From Saccostrea echinata (lineage: Eukaryota): a DNA stretch of 64,000 bases. The stretch is taken from contig NW_026889750.1 in the NCBI RefSeq assembly GCF_033153115.1, positions 28,954,001-29,018,000 of the forward strand, read 5' to 3'. Below are positions 50,895 through 64,000 of this stretch, piece after piece. Under the pieces are notes generated by a model, which worked only from the letters and a program-made list of their open reading frames with translations, was not told where the DNA came from and did no database searches. How positions within the stretch are numbered: the first letter of the stretch is position 1; every line of letters begins with the position of its first letter. A program made the position numbers and the translations under genes.

Positions 50895-51771
50895 TATGAT
50901 ATAAAAACATAAATGGCATAAACAAAAGTTCAAAATATAGCAATGACAAAAACATAATAAAATCAGAATGAAAAGGTATCAGGACATATAAATTATGAAG
51001 GACAGACTGCATCATTTATTTTACATATGAATATACAGAGATTTTTTTAAAGCTATCAAATATTTTAGTAGACTTGGCGTTTTACCATCTTCGCAAACCA
51101 ATGTTTTCGTTCCGTTCGTTGTGAGCGAAGTGGACCAAAAACATTTGGCTTGCGAAGATGGCGTTTTACCAAAACCGGTGATAATATTGTTACAAAAAAT
51201 TGAAAACATAGATGAAAGGGCGGATCCTGAATTTCGTATGTGTTACAGGCGTGATGAAGATATAAAAAGGATGAGGACTGAAGTCACTTGAAATACCCAG
51301 AATTTGAGTATGATTTTCCACGTAGGAATTGCGTCTTGTATAATGGTTGACATGTTTATTACCCACTGTATAGTTATCTGAATGCAAAAAATGTATATAT
51401 TCAATTACTGGCTTTCTAGTAAAATATCCAAATATTTAACAGATGAGCCAGACTTTGTGTTGTTTGTTTTAAATATTTTTAGACTCTTATCGTGCAGAAA
51501 CTGTACAGTCTGTCTTTCAGAAAATGGTCTAATAATTTACCATTTATGACATGTCATTGAAAGCATTTGCTCAGCTGTTAAATATTTGGATATTTGGACA
51601 AAACAGGGACCTCTGAAAAGATGTCTAGGGGGAATAAGCATCCTTCGGTCGACCGATCGCACTTGCCGTGAGCCTTCTGTATTGATCGGGTAAACGGAGT
51701 AATTTAGCCAACATGGTATAAAAACAATTGCCTAATAATTAGTGGGAAACCTGCCAGTAATAATATGTTCA

Positions 51772-52565
51772 AATACTTACTTACTTCGTGCTGGTCAGCA
51801 CATTAGGTCGTCACCAGAGACTTTCATGATGGTCTGTCTTGTGTTCGTCTCTGTCCCTGTCCCCATGTCCAGTTCTCTTTCATTTCTTTCTCCACCGATC
51901 TTATCCAGGTCTCTTTTGATCTTCCGCTCTTTCTCTTACCGATTGGTGTCAATCTCAGTGCAACCCTTGGGATGGAGGTTGGTTGAATTCTGGATATGTG
52001 TCCTATCCAAAGCCATTTTTTTCCCTTATAACTTGGGACAGAGGATCGGTGTTAGTCTATTTGTACAGCTCTTCATTTGAAATGGTATTAGGCCAGAAAA
52101 TGAGGGATATTCTGAGTGATAAGGCAATGGGTCTGGAAGGCATTGAGCTTGTTTAAAATGGCTTTTGTTACTTTTCCTGATTCAGCGGCATACAAGGGAG
52201 GCCCAAGCACATTACTCTTGAAAATCCTAATTTTGGTATTTATGCTTATCTTGGCTGACTTCCAGATGTTTTGAGGTGTACCATACGCTCCTGTAGTTTT
52301 AGAAATCCGAGCTAGTACATTTACCTCAGAGTTTCCATCTGTGGTGATCTTAGTTCTTACTTACTGTGACATCTTCCATTTTTATACCATTTTGGGTGAT
52401 GGGCTCGTCTGATTTAGTGTTAAGCTTCATGTTCTTAGATTTGGTGTTATTAATTTTCAGACCAGTCTTTCCTGCTGTTTTGTCAAGTTTGTTGTTTTTT
52501 TCTTGCATATCATGATGTCAGAGAGCTAGCAGTGCTATATAATCTGCAAAATTTAGCTCTTCAAG
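51772..52565 (-). mobile_element. 5'-truncated RTE-clade LINE fragment
   Basis: The minus strand encodes TKIRIFKSNV, IFWP..ISNEELY, WIGH and TP.GKRKSGRSKETW; an (AAGT)n tail lies at ~51775. Confidence 0.8.
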
Positions 52566-53351
52566 CTATCCAATGATAGGTTGTATTTGCAAATAACGTC
52601 ATTATAATGATCATAAAATTTGCGAATTTGACTTCAAATAAGATAGTTAAAATCCTGTAACATCAATTTATTATTCAGTAACATGCCTTTGTTTAAAAAT
52701 TGATCCCACTCAAAAGATGCTCTAAGGTATCGAATCAGTTGGGGGACATGAACACCATACTCTGGATTATGGAATATTGCTAAATAAAAGGGGAAGCTTG
52801 ATGTTGAACAAAGTGAAGTAATCCCGTCTGTCATATACTTTAATAGTTAGTTGGCAACTAGGTCCATAGACAGCAAAATATCCAAGTATTAATCAGATGT
52901 GTAAGGGATTTGAAGGACCATTATTTCGAGTTTAATAGGATATATCAATTGATATATGAATGAAAATACTCTTCTTAATTTAAAAAAAACGTCGTCAATC
53001 CTCCTAGTCACCTGATCCCACCTCCGGAATTTCCAGGGGTCCGTGTTTATGGCCTGTTCACATATTTGTATTGTTTGAAGTTTTTATGAGATCGATCACT
53101 GTTCGTTATTTTCACCCTTATTCATCGATATATCTTAATGTTTGATTGAAAGCGCAGCCAGAGTTTTTTTTCTTCTCAAGAAGAAGTTTTTGAAAATTAC
53201 TGATTGATGCATACGTCATATTTCATATAACATTAGCTTACATGTAATTGATATAATATCTTTTGAAGGCAGCTTCCCCCTTTTCTTCTCGGATATTGTT
53301 TAATATAAAGAAAACTTTAGAAGTACTGCAATTTCTTTCAGATTGGAAAAT

Positions 53352-55315
53352 ATGGAAGCCTCTAAATTTCTGCTTATTGCAATGACGCTCACAATTTGTG
53401 CAGCTATCTTTCAATTAATTGGTTTGGCGTCACCTTACTGGACATTTATTGATGGAAATTCAATCAATGTAAATTCTGGTCTATGGAAGACATGTACGCA
53501 AACAGTTTCGACTGGAGATACCGTATGCACTGATATTGAAATTACAGATGACGGTACAGATAAATTTATTACATTTTAAAGATAAATGTTTTCAAAAGGA
53601 GGACGAAGAAAAAAAACATATCCCACTAGATGCATGTCAAGTCGGACTGAATTTAAAACAAGTTCAAAAATAAATTTAAAAAAAAATCAAAATGTATATT
53701 AAAAAAAATTAAATAAAATTAGCCGAAAGTTTAATATGAAAGAATTGTTATTTGAAATTTTTAGTGTTTTTTTCACATCACGTTCACATTGATATAACAT
53801 TCCTTATTACAGATTGGCTCAAGGCTGTCCGAGCAATGAGCATCCTTGGCTTTCTGGTACTAATGGTAGCGGCAATCATGGCAGTATTAAAACTGTTTGT
53901 TCTGAAAGACAAGCAGCCAGTTCTTTTTGTTGCAATAGGCACAGCTTTCGCAGGAGGTAATGGATATTTATATTTGATCTGAAACGTATCTTTATGAATG
54001 TATTTCATTTAAAGAAATTGATTTAATTATCACTTGTGATGTTATGCCAAAAATAGATTTTATCGACATTTTTTATGCTACTAGAAAGTCTATTAAATAC
54101 GAAAGCCTATTAAGATCAAACTACGGTAAAAAAAAAAAATTTAAAAGCCGTCACAGCGCCTTTTCAAAAGGCGTAATAACGCCTTTTGAAAAGGTGTTAT
54201 AGCGCAGACAAAGGCGTACTAACGTTATATTTACGCCTTTCCAAAAGGCGTTATATTAAGTCTTTTAAAGAGGCGTTATTACGCCTTCTTTAAGGGCGTT
54301 ATTACATAATTTACAAAATTTCGTTTATTGTCCAATTAATTGCACCTTGAATTTTACATTGAATTCTATGGGCATCACATGTGTTTTTAAGATATTGTAA
54401 TAAGTAATTTGAACTTCATACAGATCTCTTGGTGAAAACATGCAAGGACTCTCTCTTTATTAAAATATGAAATAAAATGAATCATTAACCACAGATATTT
54501 TGACAAAATTTAAATTTCCTTCTTTTCATCAAGGGCAGATATCTCTTCAAAAATGTTTAAAGTGCAAAATTGCCGGCTTCTTAAATGTCATTAGTCATGT
54601 GAATTTGGTTCATTTCACTTTCATCATTATATCTAGCAATGCATATTTAACTAGTTTAAAATGATTCAAAATTGTTCAATGTCCCTTCATTATACATTGA
54701 ATACCTAAAAAGGTGTACTAACGCCTATTTAGAAAGGCATACTAACGCCTTTAGGAAAAATGTTATAACACCTTTTTAAAGGCGTAGTAACGCCCTTTTA
54801 GAAAGGAGTTATAACGCCTTTTGGAAAGGCGAAATAACGCCTTTTAAAAAGGCATAATTACGCCTTTTTCGCGTTATAACGCCTTTTGAAAAGGCATTCT
54901 TACGGCTTTATTTGCGTTATTACGCCTTTTTCGGCATTATAATGCCTTTTCATTATAACGCCTTTTAATTTTTTTTTTTTTACCGTAGTTTGATCCTAAT
55001 AGGATTTTGTAATTAAAGTTATGCATGATCATGAGATACATTTTAATTTCAAGTTAACGGGAAATCAATCTTGGTCATTTACTGTTGTCTTACCATTAAA
55101 CTTGCTAGTGTTTGCCAGGTTGCTTACAATTTCAAGGCTTTATTTTTGTAGCGGTGTTTATCCTTATATCAATAGCAGTGTATGCGGCCAAAACAAAGGA
55201 CTTCTACGGAAACGTTGATTATAATTATCACTTCGCTTTCGCCTTCAGCATCATAGGAATGATAGTAGCGATCGGAGCAGGTGGCGTGATGTTGGTAGAC
55301 ATCATGAAGGGATAA
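53352..55315 (+). CDS. PMP22/EMP/claudin-family tetraspan protein, copy 2 (169 aa); exons 53352-53553, 53813-53956, 55152-55315
   Basis: Same exon sizes (202/144/164) and splice phases as copy 1; about 76% amino-acid identity by manual count; GLWKTC...C signature. Confidence 0.93.
54100..55009. mobile_element. TA-flanked MITE with TAACGCCTTTT tandem repeats, in an intron of copy 2
   Basis: TIRs CGAAAGCCTATTAAGATCAAACTACGGTAAAA / TTTTACCGTAGTTTGATCCTAATAGGATTTTG with a TA TSD. Confidence 0.82.
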
Positions 55316-58226
55316 GAAATCATCAGTTCTCCTCACCTATGAAACAGTAGTTCAGTTCAGGAAGAAAATCATTCAGTTTTATACATTGAAAAGGCATATT
55401 TAAGTCTCTCTTCTTGATTACATTTTACTTTTATTTTTACATTTTACTCTACAGTATAATTGAAAGGCTTATTAATAATTATTGTTGAAAGTAATTTATA
55501 ACTCGTTAATTAAAATTTTCTATAAAATTTCATGACTCATACAGTCAGTTTTCGGTAATATATCTGCAGCTGCATAAGAAAATAGGTACAAAAGTGTGCT
55601 TTTGTCTGCCTTCATCAGCCAGTCTAAATTAGTGAGCATATGTATGCATCGTATTGGCAAGATAAGCATTAAATAATACCAGCATTACTTGTATTTTCAA
55701 ACCAAAAAAAGTTGTATAGTTGTGTACCCGGTCCATTGTTTTGTTGTTACTATGTAACTAAGCATCAAGTATACAATATTGTGTACAAATATGCAATATA
55801 TCGTAAGACTAATGACTTTAATGTTTACCTTTCTTCTATCTATTAAAGGTAAAATTCTATTTTCGCTCAGCTCTTTTTTGTTCACTTTTCTTGTCTGTGA
55901 AACAAAAGTAGAATAAAATCGAAATACGTAGTTTTGAAAAAATGGCCTTTCTACCTGTTATTTTTAAAATCGTTAACGATAAAAACAAGACGCTTCAAAA
56001 GTTAAGTGCTTTTTTCAATCAACTCGAATGTTGACAAATAGAGCTGTATTTATTTGACTTCTTTTGATGACTTTGAATGCAGGGAAGAATGATTTGAAAG
56101 AAAGGCAGTGGGGTATAAAAGCTGCCGAGACAGTACATATTTGCGTATCATTTTGTATCTCCTGTGAATGCAGAGGAATATTTATTACTCCCTCTAATAA
56201 CAACACACAACAGAAAATCCACTACTGATATATTGTTTGTAGCATCAGAGATTGTCTTTGTATCCGTGAATGATATACATGTATGTCTATTTTTTTCATC
56301 TGTAGACGAACTTATTCCCATTTAATCCGAATGAAAATAAGTAAATGACATATTCATTTTCATTACTGTTCTATAATTTGTATCAAAAGTGTTTGTTGAT
56401 TCAATTTAAAAGTCTATCAAGTGCTCGATAATCTCTAAATTAAATATCTTTTTATCATCAGTGACAACTTTGCTGGAGAATTTTATCTTTCTCTTTTTCT
56501 TTAAGAATTTTTTTTAATTTCACTTAATCAAGTTATGTCATTGAACACCTGAAGTATTGTGCATAAACCAAATTTTTAAACAAATATTTAAAAGAAAAAG
56601 ATATTGTACCCTTTAGATAAATAATGTACTTTCTACTTCCTTACTTTAAAATATTGAACAGGTTCGTAGAGCCCGTGGTTTGTTTGAGCCCGGTTTTCTG
56701 AATAGGCCTTTTGCTGTGGTTTTATTGTGTAATGTTTCATTTAAATGCTGGTCCTCCCTCCCCAGTTTTTGTTGCTGCAAGGTCTAACACTGGCAAATCT
56801 TTGAGTTTGTGCAGTTTAGAGGGTTTTTTCCCTTTCTTCCTTTCCTGTTTTTTTCTTTTTGATCAATTTTATTTTTGGAATTTTAACATATGCATGAAGG
56901 TAAAACAAATAAAAACATTCTTTGATATTAAAAAGTTATATGTATATGTTATATTATGTTGCATGCAGCTGAAGGTTACAATACATTGATTTACTGATAA
57001 ATAATTACTTGAATTGCTTTGATAAATATTTTTGTAAGGAAATATATTCTTGTTAAAATATCCTTTTGGAGAAGACTTTTAATCAAAAGAATAGAAACAT
57101 ATATATTTTTATTTTCAATTTTCTTGATTTCGATACTGTAAATCATTGCACAGCAATAAAACTCAAAAGGTTTTTGTGGAATGGCATATCTCTTCTTTTT
57201 TTTTGGGGGGGGGGGGGGGGGGTGTCAGCACTTATATACATGCACATATGATTTCAACACATTTTTTGTAAGACGAGTAAGCTCATGATCAATGTCAAGG
57301 CAGGGGTTTTATTTTACAAAAACATTAAAAATAACGTCACAATTTTTTTTTTTGAAATAGTTATCACACAAAAACATTGAGGGTATGCATATTAAAGAAT
57401 CGTGTTAAACACAACTCAAGATCAGCTAACCTGAAAGGCTGGGGTTTTATACTATGGAAAAAAATGAAAATGATGTTTTGAGTACATTTTTGTTTTTGAA
57501 GTAGTCTTTGTACAAAGAAATGATAAACGTAAATCGAGTTATCATAATAAAGCTTAAATGAACAGGGAGTTAAAATGTCTAGACAACATTTTTATTCACT
57601 TTTGATGTATTATCAGTGCTGATTTAAATGTTTTCTCCAATCTCGCCTCAACAACATAAACAACATAATTTATTATTCTTTTTGAGATTTTCACATACAG
57701 ATTTTGGTATTCATGTAGTCTGCTTATGTTTTCGTTCGCAACTAAATTAAGGTTCATAAACCCTCTGCTCACTCATATAAAATATTGCTTTAACCATTGT
57801 GGTTTTCCAAAAGAAATGTGTTTTATACACATGTAAGTAAAATACAAACAATTAGAACATGGCCTGCGTTGCAAATTAGACAAAAAGGACACTTTTCAAC
57901 CTGTCAAATTTATAAAAGAATAATTATATTTATGTCATTAAGAGTTATCTCTCTTATCAGAGTATCAATGAACCTTAATAAAATTAGAAGTCAAATAGGA
58001 TGCATTAAAAAAAACTTATGATTTACAAACCATTGTAAATCGAAACACCATTAATTTGAATCATTAAAATGACACTGAATATTGAAGCCATCCTTCAATC
58101 GACGGAAATTGGAGTTTATAGCTTATTTTTTGCGTACATGCACGAAGAATATTCTCTTCTTTTAGTATACATAAAAAATCATGAAAAAGAATATCAATGG
58201 TCTACACATGTAGCGATGTAAAGTAA

Positions 58227-58257
<31 letters not shown>

Positions 58258-58894
58258 CTAGCTGTAGTAGTAGTACAAAAATCAGATTATACTTTTCTAT
58301 TAACATTAGCTGTGTTTTCAAATACAGAAATACAGAACACATACCTGTTACCTTGATGTAGTCTCCAGAGACATGTCTGTTTGATGGTTTGTATGTTTGT
58401 TGAATTTCACATCTCTCTCGAAAAATTTTCTCTCATATGGAGACGCCACAACTAGCCGGTGGATGGCTATAAATTTAGACCTATACTCGGTACTAAGCTT
58501 AAAACATTCCTTATATTTACATTTTACATGTTCAAAATCACCAAAAATATACCGGTACTCAATGTTTAATTTTCTCACTGCCCTATATCGTTTTTATTAA
58601 CGTCTCTGTAGCTCATTGGGACGTCACTTTAGCGCGAGTTTATCCGTGTATATTTGAGTATACACGAAAATGGCATTCAAATCAATTTCACAGTTGGCTT
58701 ACTAGAAAAACACAGCAAATGTAAGTATTGTTTCTTGTTTCCAAGATATGATATAAAGTATACCTATATACGTAATATAAAACCAAGTACATTTTCTGAG
58801 ATAAGATACCATCTTCAGTAGTTTTAATTTTGGGTTGAAAAGAAGTGTTCTAAACATAATTTTTTAGCTTTTTGCGATACTCATTACAATAGGG

Positions 58895-59226
58895 CATTGG
58901 TCACGATAGCCTAGTGGTAGGACGACCGTTTCGTGATTGGGAACCCGGGTTTGATTCTCGTTCGCCTCGCAGCATCAACCCTAAGTCGTAAACATAATAA
59001 GTGACTGTTACTTCGCCAAGCCTCCGGCACTGGAAATGAAATTCACTGGTCTTTTGGATGAGACTTTAAAAACCGAGGTCCCATGTCACCGTAGGCGTGA
59101 TAAAGAACCCTTTCTGCTCAATGGCCGATTGTAGGTCTTAATTTAAAGCCCTTCACCGAAATATATTAACGTCTCTATATGAGTGTAAAATTCTCGAATG
59201 GGACGTAAAACAACATACAATCAACC
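58895..59226 (+). mobile_element. tRNA-derived SINE; also 61080-61386 (+) and partial minus-strand copies at 58375-58500 and 61384-61470
   Basis: A box TAGCCTAGTGG, B-box-like GGTTTGATTCT, shared body AAACCGAGGTCCC...GCTCAATGG and tail AAACAAC. Confidence 0.8.
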
Positions 59227-59651
59227 TTAACTATAGATTTTATCATACATATATAAAGTATGGTTGTCTATACAGTACAGAATATGAATTTTTGGAAATT
59301 ACATCTACCTAGGAATGCACAAATTAATTTCAAAAAATGATTTTTAATATCACCACTGTTATATTTTTGTATTCTCTCTTAATCATCAAGTTCGCTTACA
59401 GGACCGACCACGTGTTCACTAAGATAATTTTTTCTGAATCTTTGGTTGTTTCGGATACAAACCCTGCGACAAAACATCGATGATGAATATACATTTTTTC
59501 TATTAATGTTAGTGTTATTTTTCTTTTGAGGGCCGTTTCTTTTTTTCCATCGCTCATTTAACCGATTAAATCGAGATAAGGAATTTATGAAATATAATTT
59601 TTAAAAAGACCTAGATGTTTTTGATTTTAATTTTCAGGTATAACAATTATC

Positions 59652-60302
59652 ATGGCTGGAATAAATTGTTATCTTGTTTCGTTCGAGATAATGCTTTTTG
59701 TTGTCATTTTTCAACTGATTGGGATATTGGTACCTTACTGGATATCTATTTCCTTTAAATGATTTAAAAGAATCTGTCTATATCGTCAAATTTTTATAAG
59801 AAAACCACTTTATGTTTAACTTAGAGGATCTGACTGTAAAAAGGCTCTACGAGGTACTGCTATTTCTGGACTTCTGACACTACTGGCTGCTGCTGGTTTA
59901 ACATTTCTAAAATGATTGGTTTTTGTTGCGATTGGGAAAATTTATACCGGAGGTGAGAGAAACATTTAATGACATAAGCTTTATCTGTGTATAAAAAAAT
60001 TATAATAAAAGAAAATAATTACATAACATTATGTAACAACATGTAATAATCAAAAAATTATACAAAGATTCCTTTAAGTAAAAGTACATGCACTAAGAAC
60101 AAGAATGATGGAAGAAATGTCTAATATTATCTCTGCAGCTAGCCTCATTTTGCCTGCTATTGGTACGTATTCAGCCAAAGTGACGAACGTTTTGTCTCCC
60201 ATTCCCTTTGATTACCATATTGGTATCATCTGCAACTATATTGGAATGATAACAGCAATTGCAGCTGGTATTGTAATGGTTGTTGGAGTGATTAAGGATG
60301 GC
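59652..60302 (+). pseudogene. Third, divergent PMP22/claudin-like paralogue; pseudogene
   Basis: Three homologous exon remnants: IFQLIGILVPYW then TGA at 59760; KALRG...LK*LVFVAIG..G|GTGAG; AG|..LILPAIGTYSAK...DYH...IGMITAIAAGIVMVV. Confidence 0.82.

Positions 60303-60303
<1 letters not shown>

Positions 60304-60373
<70 letters not shown>
60304..60373. repeat. Compound (CT)n(AT)n microsatellite
   Basis: Read directly from the sequence. Confidence 0.95.
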
Positions 60374-60374
<1 letters not shown>

Positions 60375-63300
60375 CGAAAATAACTGAAACATTTGGTTTT
60401 GGTTTTGTACTTATTGAATGAATAAATTGAATTAACATCTTAACTAAGAAAAACATTCAAATTTGGAAAAGAGATAGAAGTGGCCTATCCAAATGTTCAA
60501 TTTTCTTTGTTTTTAAAACAATCAATGTAACACAAATGATAAAATTATCAATGAATTACATGTAGTTCAAATTTTACTGATTGAAAGACAGTCAATTTTA
60601 GAGAAAGTTATAGAATAAACAATAAATAATGTGTTTGTGTCTCTCACAGGTCGGATGCATACATTCAACAGTAAAAGAAAATTCTGACAATGCAAATGAT
60701 GGGCAGGAAATTCCGGAAATATCGTAGTTACTTTGAAATAATTAAAGAAAACGGATTTTGCACATTACATGTTTTATGTGATAAAGATGCCCCACAGCTC
60801 GTATTGCAAGGTTCTAATAAGGTTCTGGAATAATGATTTTTTTCAAGGGGGGGGGGTTAATTTTTATTGTTTTGTAAGCAAATATTCTGGGAAACATTTT
60901 GTAATTCTTACTGCCGTGGATGTTTAAAATTCTTTNNNNNNNNNNNNNNNNNNNNNNNNNNNNNNNNNNNNNNNNNNNNNNNNNNNNNNNNNNNNNNNNN
61001 NNNNNNNNNNNNNNNNNNNNNNNNNNNNNNNNNNNNNNNNNNNNNNNNNNNNNNNNNNNNNNNNNNNNNNNNNNNNNNCTCAAAGTGTTAAAAGGTCGTG
61101 TGTTTGAATCATGGCTGCGACTGACCTAAGTCGATAAAAAATAGGTAGCAATTATTCCTTCGCCAAGAGCTCGGGACTTTGAAGTGAAAGTTGCGGGTCT
61201 TTCGGGTGAGACCTTAAAAACCGAGGCCCCGTGTCACGGTAGGCGTTGGCACGATAAAGAACCCTTACTGCTCAATGGCCATGAGTGCCGAGTAAAGGTC
61301 TAAATATGAAGCCCTTCACCAGTATTTGATTACGTCTCTATATGAGTGAAAAATTCCCGAACGGAACGTAAAACAACAATCAATCACTCTTATAGAGACG
61401 CCACCATATACCGGTGAAGGGCTTCAAATTTTACCTTTACTTGGCACTCAGGGTCATTGTCTTTATCGTGACAGCTGGGGTAAATAAATTTTATAAATAG
61501 ATCTGATACAGGTAGCCAGCTTTATTTAATCGTTAACTTTTATCGTTAAGAGATATTTTCTTCTTCAATCTTATATGTCTGTTAGTTCTTCTGATCTTTA
61601 TTGGGTATGACAAATACATTTATATTCAAATTCTGATTAAGATCGGCATAATTTGTATTCTCCGAATACGTCATGGTTGTCCTAGTCAGACGACCAAACG
61701 TGGTTTTTTTTTTTGTTTTTTTGTTTTTTTTTTTTAAACGTTTGAATGTGTTTTTTTTTTTTTGTTTTTAGACTGCAATACTCTTTCATTTTTACTTTTC
61801 ATTTAAAATAAAACAAAGAAAGCGGACAATAATTGTTTATTTTTTGTCACAATATATTTCTCATTTTCTGCTGACATATTACTAAAACGAATTAAAATGC
61901 GGGTATAATGTCTAAACAATCCGAATTTTATTCAGGAATATGGGGCAAACTTCTTAAATACTAATCTCTGCTATAAAAACACAACAAATTGCATCTGGTT
62001 TCTGTTGAATACACAAGAAAGAAATACACTTAATATACAGTACAGAGGAAGATATACAGTGTAACTTCTAAAATGATATATCCATTCAGGTTTTCCGTTA
62101 ATATAGTTGTAAACCTACACTTTAGGATTTATTTCCCTTCATGAGGCAAAAAGCTTAACAGAATTTGTACTTCTGTTTAGAATTCTTTTTGAAGTGCCAG
62201 ATACGGTTTATAAGCCATATTTTGCAGGTGTTGCAGGTAATTGTAAATAGCATCCCCCATTTTGTAAGCACTAGTTATACGTATTCATTTTGACAACTGA
62301 GTCGGTGAGTTTGTTAAAATTTCACACATCTCTGTCTCTCTCTCTTATTTGCTCACCACTGTTGATTCTTCTTAGATAATGCACACCTTTGTTAAAATCT
62401 GATTTAAATTTAACAATTGCAAATACAAGGACTGATTCATGTTAGAAGTGACCTTAATGACAAGATATATTTGTATAAGGAGGAGCGTCCGATTAAATAA
62501 ATGAAGGCTTTCTTGAAATAAAAGTTACTTTTCAATGCGGTATTCTTATCAAACAACTCGTAGTTAATTGTTCTATTATAGATAAAGAATACAAAGATCT
62601 GCTTTTTTCTGCTTTACCAATGATTCATTGAAAAGTTTGTAAATTGAATATGGAGATAACGAACAGTTTTCAAGCACAAAAGTCCATTCAAACAATACAA
62701 ATCAGGAGCAGAGCAAACAAGGACCTCTACTTCATCAGAGGTGGGTTAGGTGCCATGGAAGAATGAGCATCCACTGCCGACCGGTCACACCCGCCGTGTG
62801 CTCCTTGTCATAATTGGGAATTACCAGAAAAATCCGAAGACAATTCAGTGTGTAATTAATTGCCTAACAATTACGATGAAAAACGTCCACCAGCATTTGA
62901 CTTAATGATAGATTGTATTTGCTGACAAGGTCAAGCTTAAAATCCAGTTAAACAAAACAAAATTGAGAGAATTGTCATAACTTGAACTAACAGAGGTAGG
63001 ATCAGGAGTAAGCATACCCTATCGGTTAGATTCAAAGTACTCAAGGGGCGGGTCTTTCTTGTCACTCAGAACCCCTTTCATACATGAATGAACAAAGAAT
63101 CACAAGATATAAGACCCAATGACTGCTAGCATTTCTTTTTAGGAAAGTCTCCCAGACCTGTCTCACGGCAGTCCAAGAGTAGTCCCAAATCACGATCAGA
63201 TTTCTACAAAGCAGCCTCACAGCAGTCCAGGGACAGGGAGTCAGAATGGGGCTGTTTGGTACTTGCTACTGTACATGTAGACATTGTTTTCAAATAGTTC

Positions 63301-64000
63301 TTAGAATTAGGATCGGTTCTTTTCATTGCTCTTTGCATCTAAGTGTAATTCTTCCTGTTGATTGATACCCTAAATGTACTTGATATGGTTTGCTGGTTTA
63401 CTGCATGAAAAAAAGTTCATGAAAAGATTTAACTATCTTAAATATTAGTCACAATGTTCAGAATTTGCGATGTATTGTGTAAAATCTTAATTGTTAACCT
63501 ACGAAGAAGACCTCTTTCAATGCAGAAAAGTTTGTGACACTGCTTTTTTGTTTTATATTACTAAGGTTTTATCACTTTTTAAAGCAAGTGTTTCAAGTCC
63601 CGTAGACAAGATTCTGACAGGCAGGGAATAAAGATGAATAAATGAGTCAATCTCCATTTAAAATTATTTTACATGTGAAGCCGAATTTCAGCTTCTAATT
63701 TTTCAAGACAGAATGTTACTTATTGTTGTATGTCTGTATCAATTTTCATACCGGTATTTAATTTTGTTCATATCTTTCTTGCATACAGTAAACGAAAAAA
63801 AAAAACCTGATGCCATTGCAGTTAATTCGTAATTTCTTTATATTTGCTAAAAAACAAAAATCAAAGTTGGTCTTTTTAATGAAGATTTTTTCGCTATTTT
63901 TCAATATGTATTGTTATAAAAAGTCTTGTTATACTTTTTCTTTTTAATTTAAATCCCTTCATAAACTTATTATAGTGAATTTTGTTGTGCTGAAAATATT

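Noticed and set aside
11393-53125. PLE fragments near both tetraspan genes as the cause of the duplication
   Set aside because: The fragments are at non-equivalent positions and orientations, and the family is abundant throughout the window.
59760-59915. Selenocysteine or read-through explanation for the TGAs in paralogue 3
   Set aside because: The stops coincide with deletions of conserved segments, and I recognise no SECIS element.

Overview
AT-rich, intron-containing eukaryotic DNA with three N-gaps. The repeat repertoire suggests a bivalve mollusc, probably an oyster (inference). Host genes are a same-strand cluster of PMP22/EMP/claudin-family tetraspan genes: two intact 169-aa copies with three coding exons each (10674-14607, 53352-55315) and one pseudogene (59652-60302). 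The rest is mostly transposable elements: a decayed Penelope-like element with a hammerhead ribozyme (~3970-7111), a Ngaro-type tyrosine-recombinase retrotransposon with an SGNH hydrolase ORF (22277-27455), a CR1/L2-group LINE (~37570-44156), and many PLE, RTE and Tc1 fragments, SINEs, MITEs and hairpin elements. The most striking object is a 2.2-kb insertion (39686-41905, AGAG target duplication) that splits the LINE ORF2. It holds four 141-bp LTRs, each carrying a tRNA-like Pol III cassette (a Helenus/Cassandra-style TRIM). Part of it is a 266-bp inverted repeat, and one LTR is fused to the leader and integrase remnants of a Gypsy element, possibly its helper. A second lead is a phase-compatible splice that would fuse Ngaro Gag to the SGNH hydrolase. 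No CRISPR arrays or prokaryotic operons are present.
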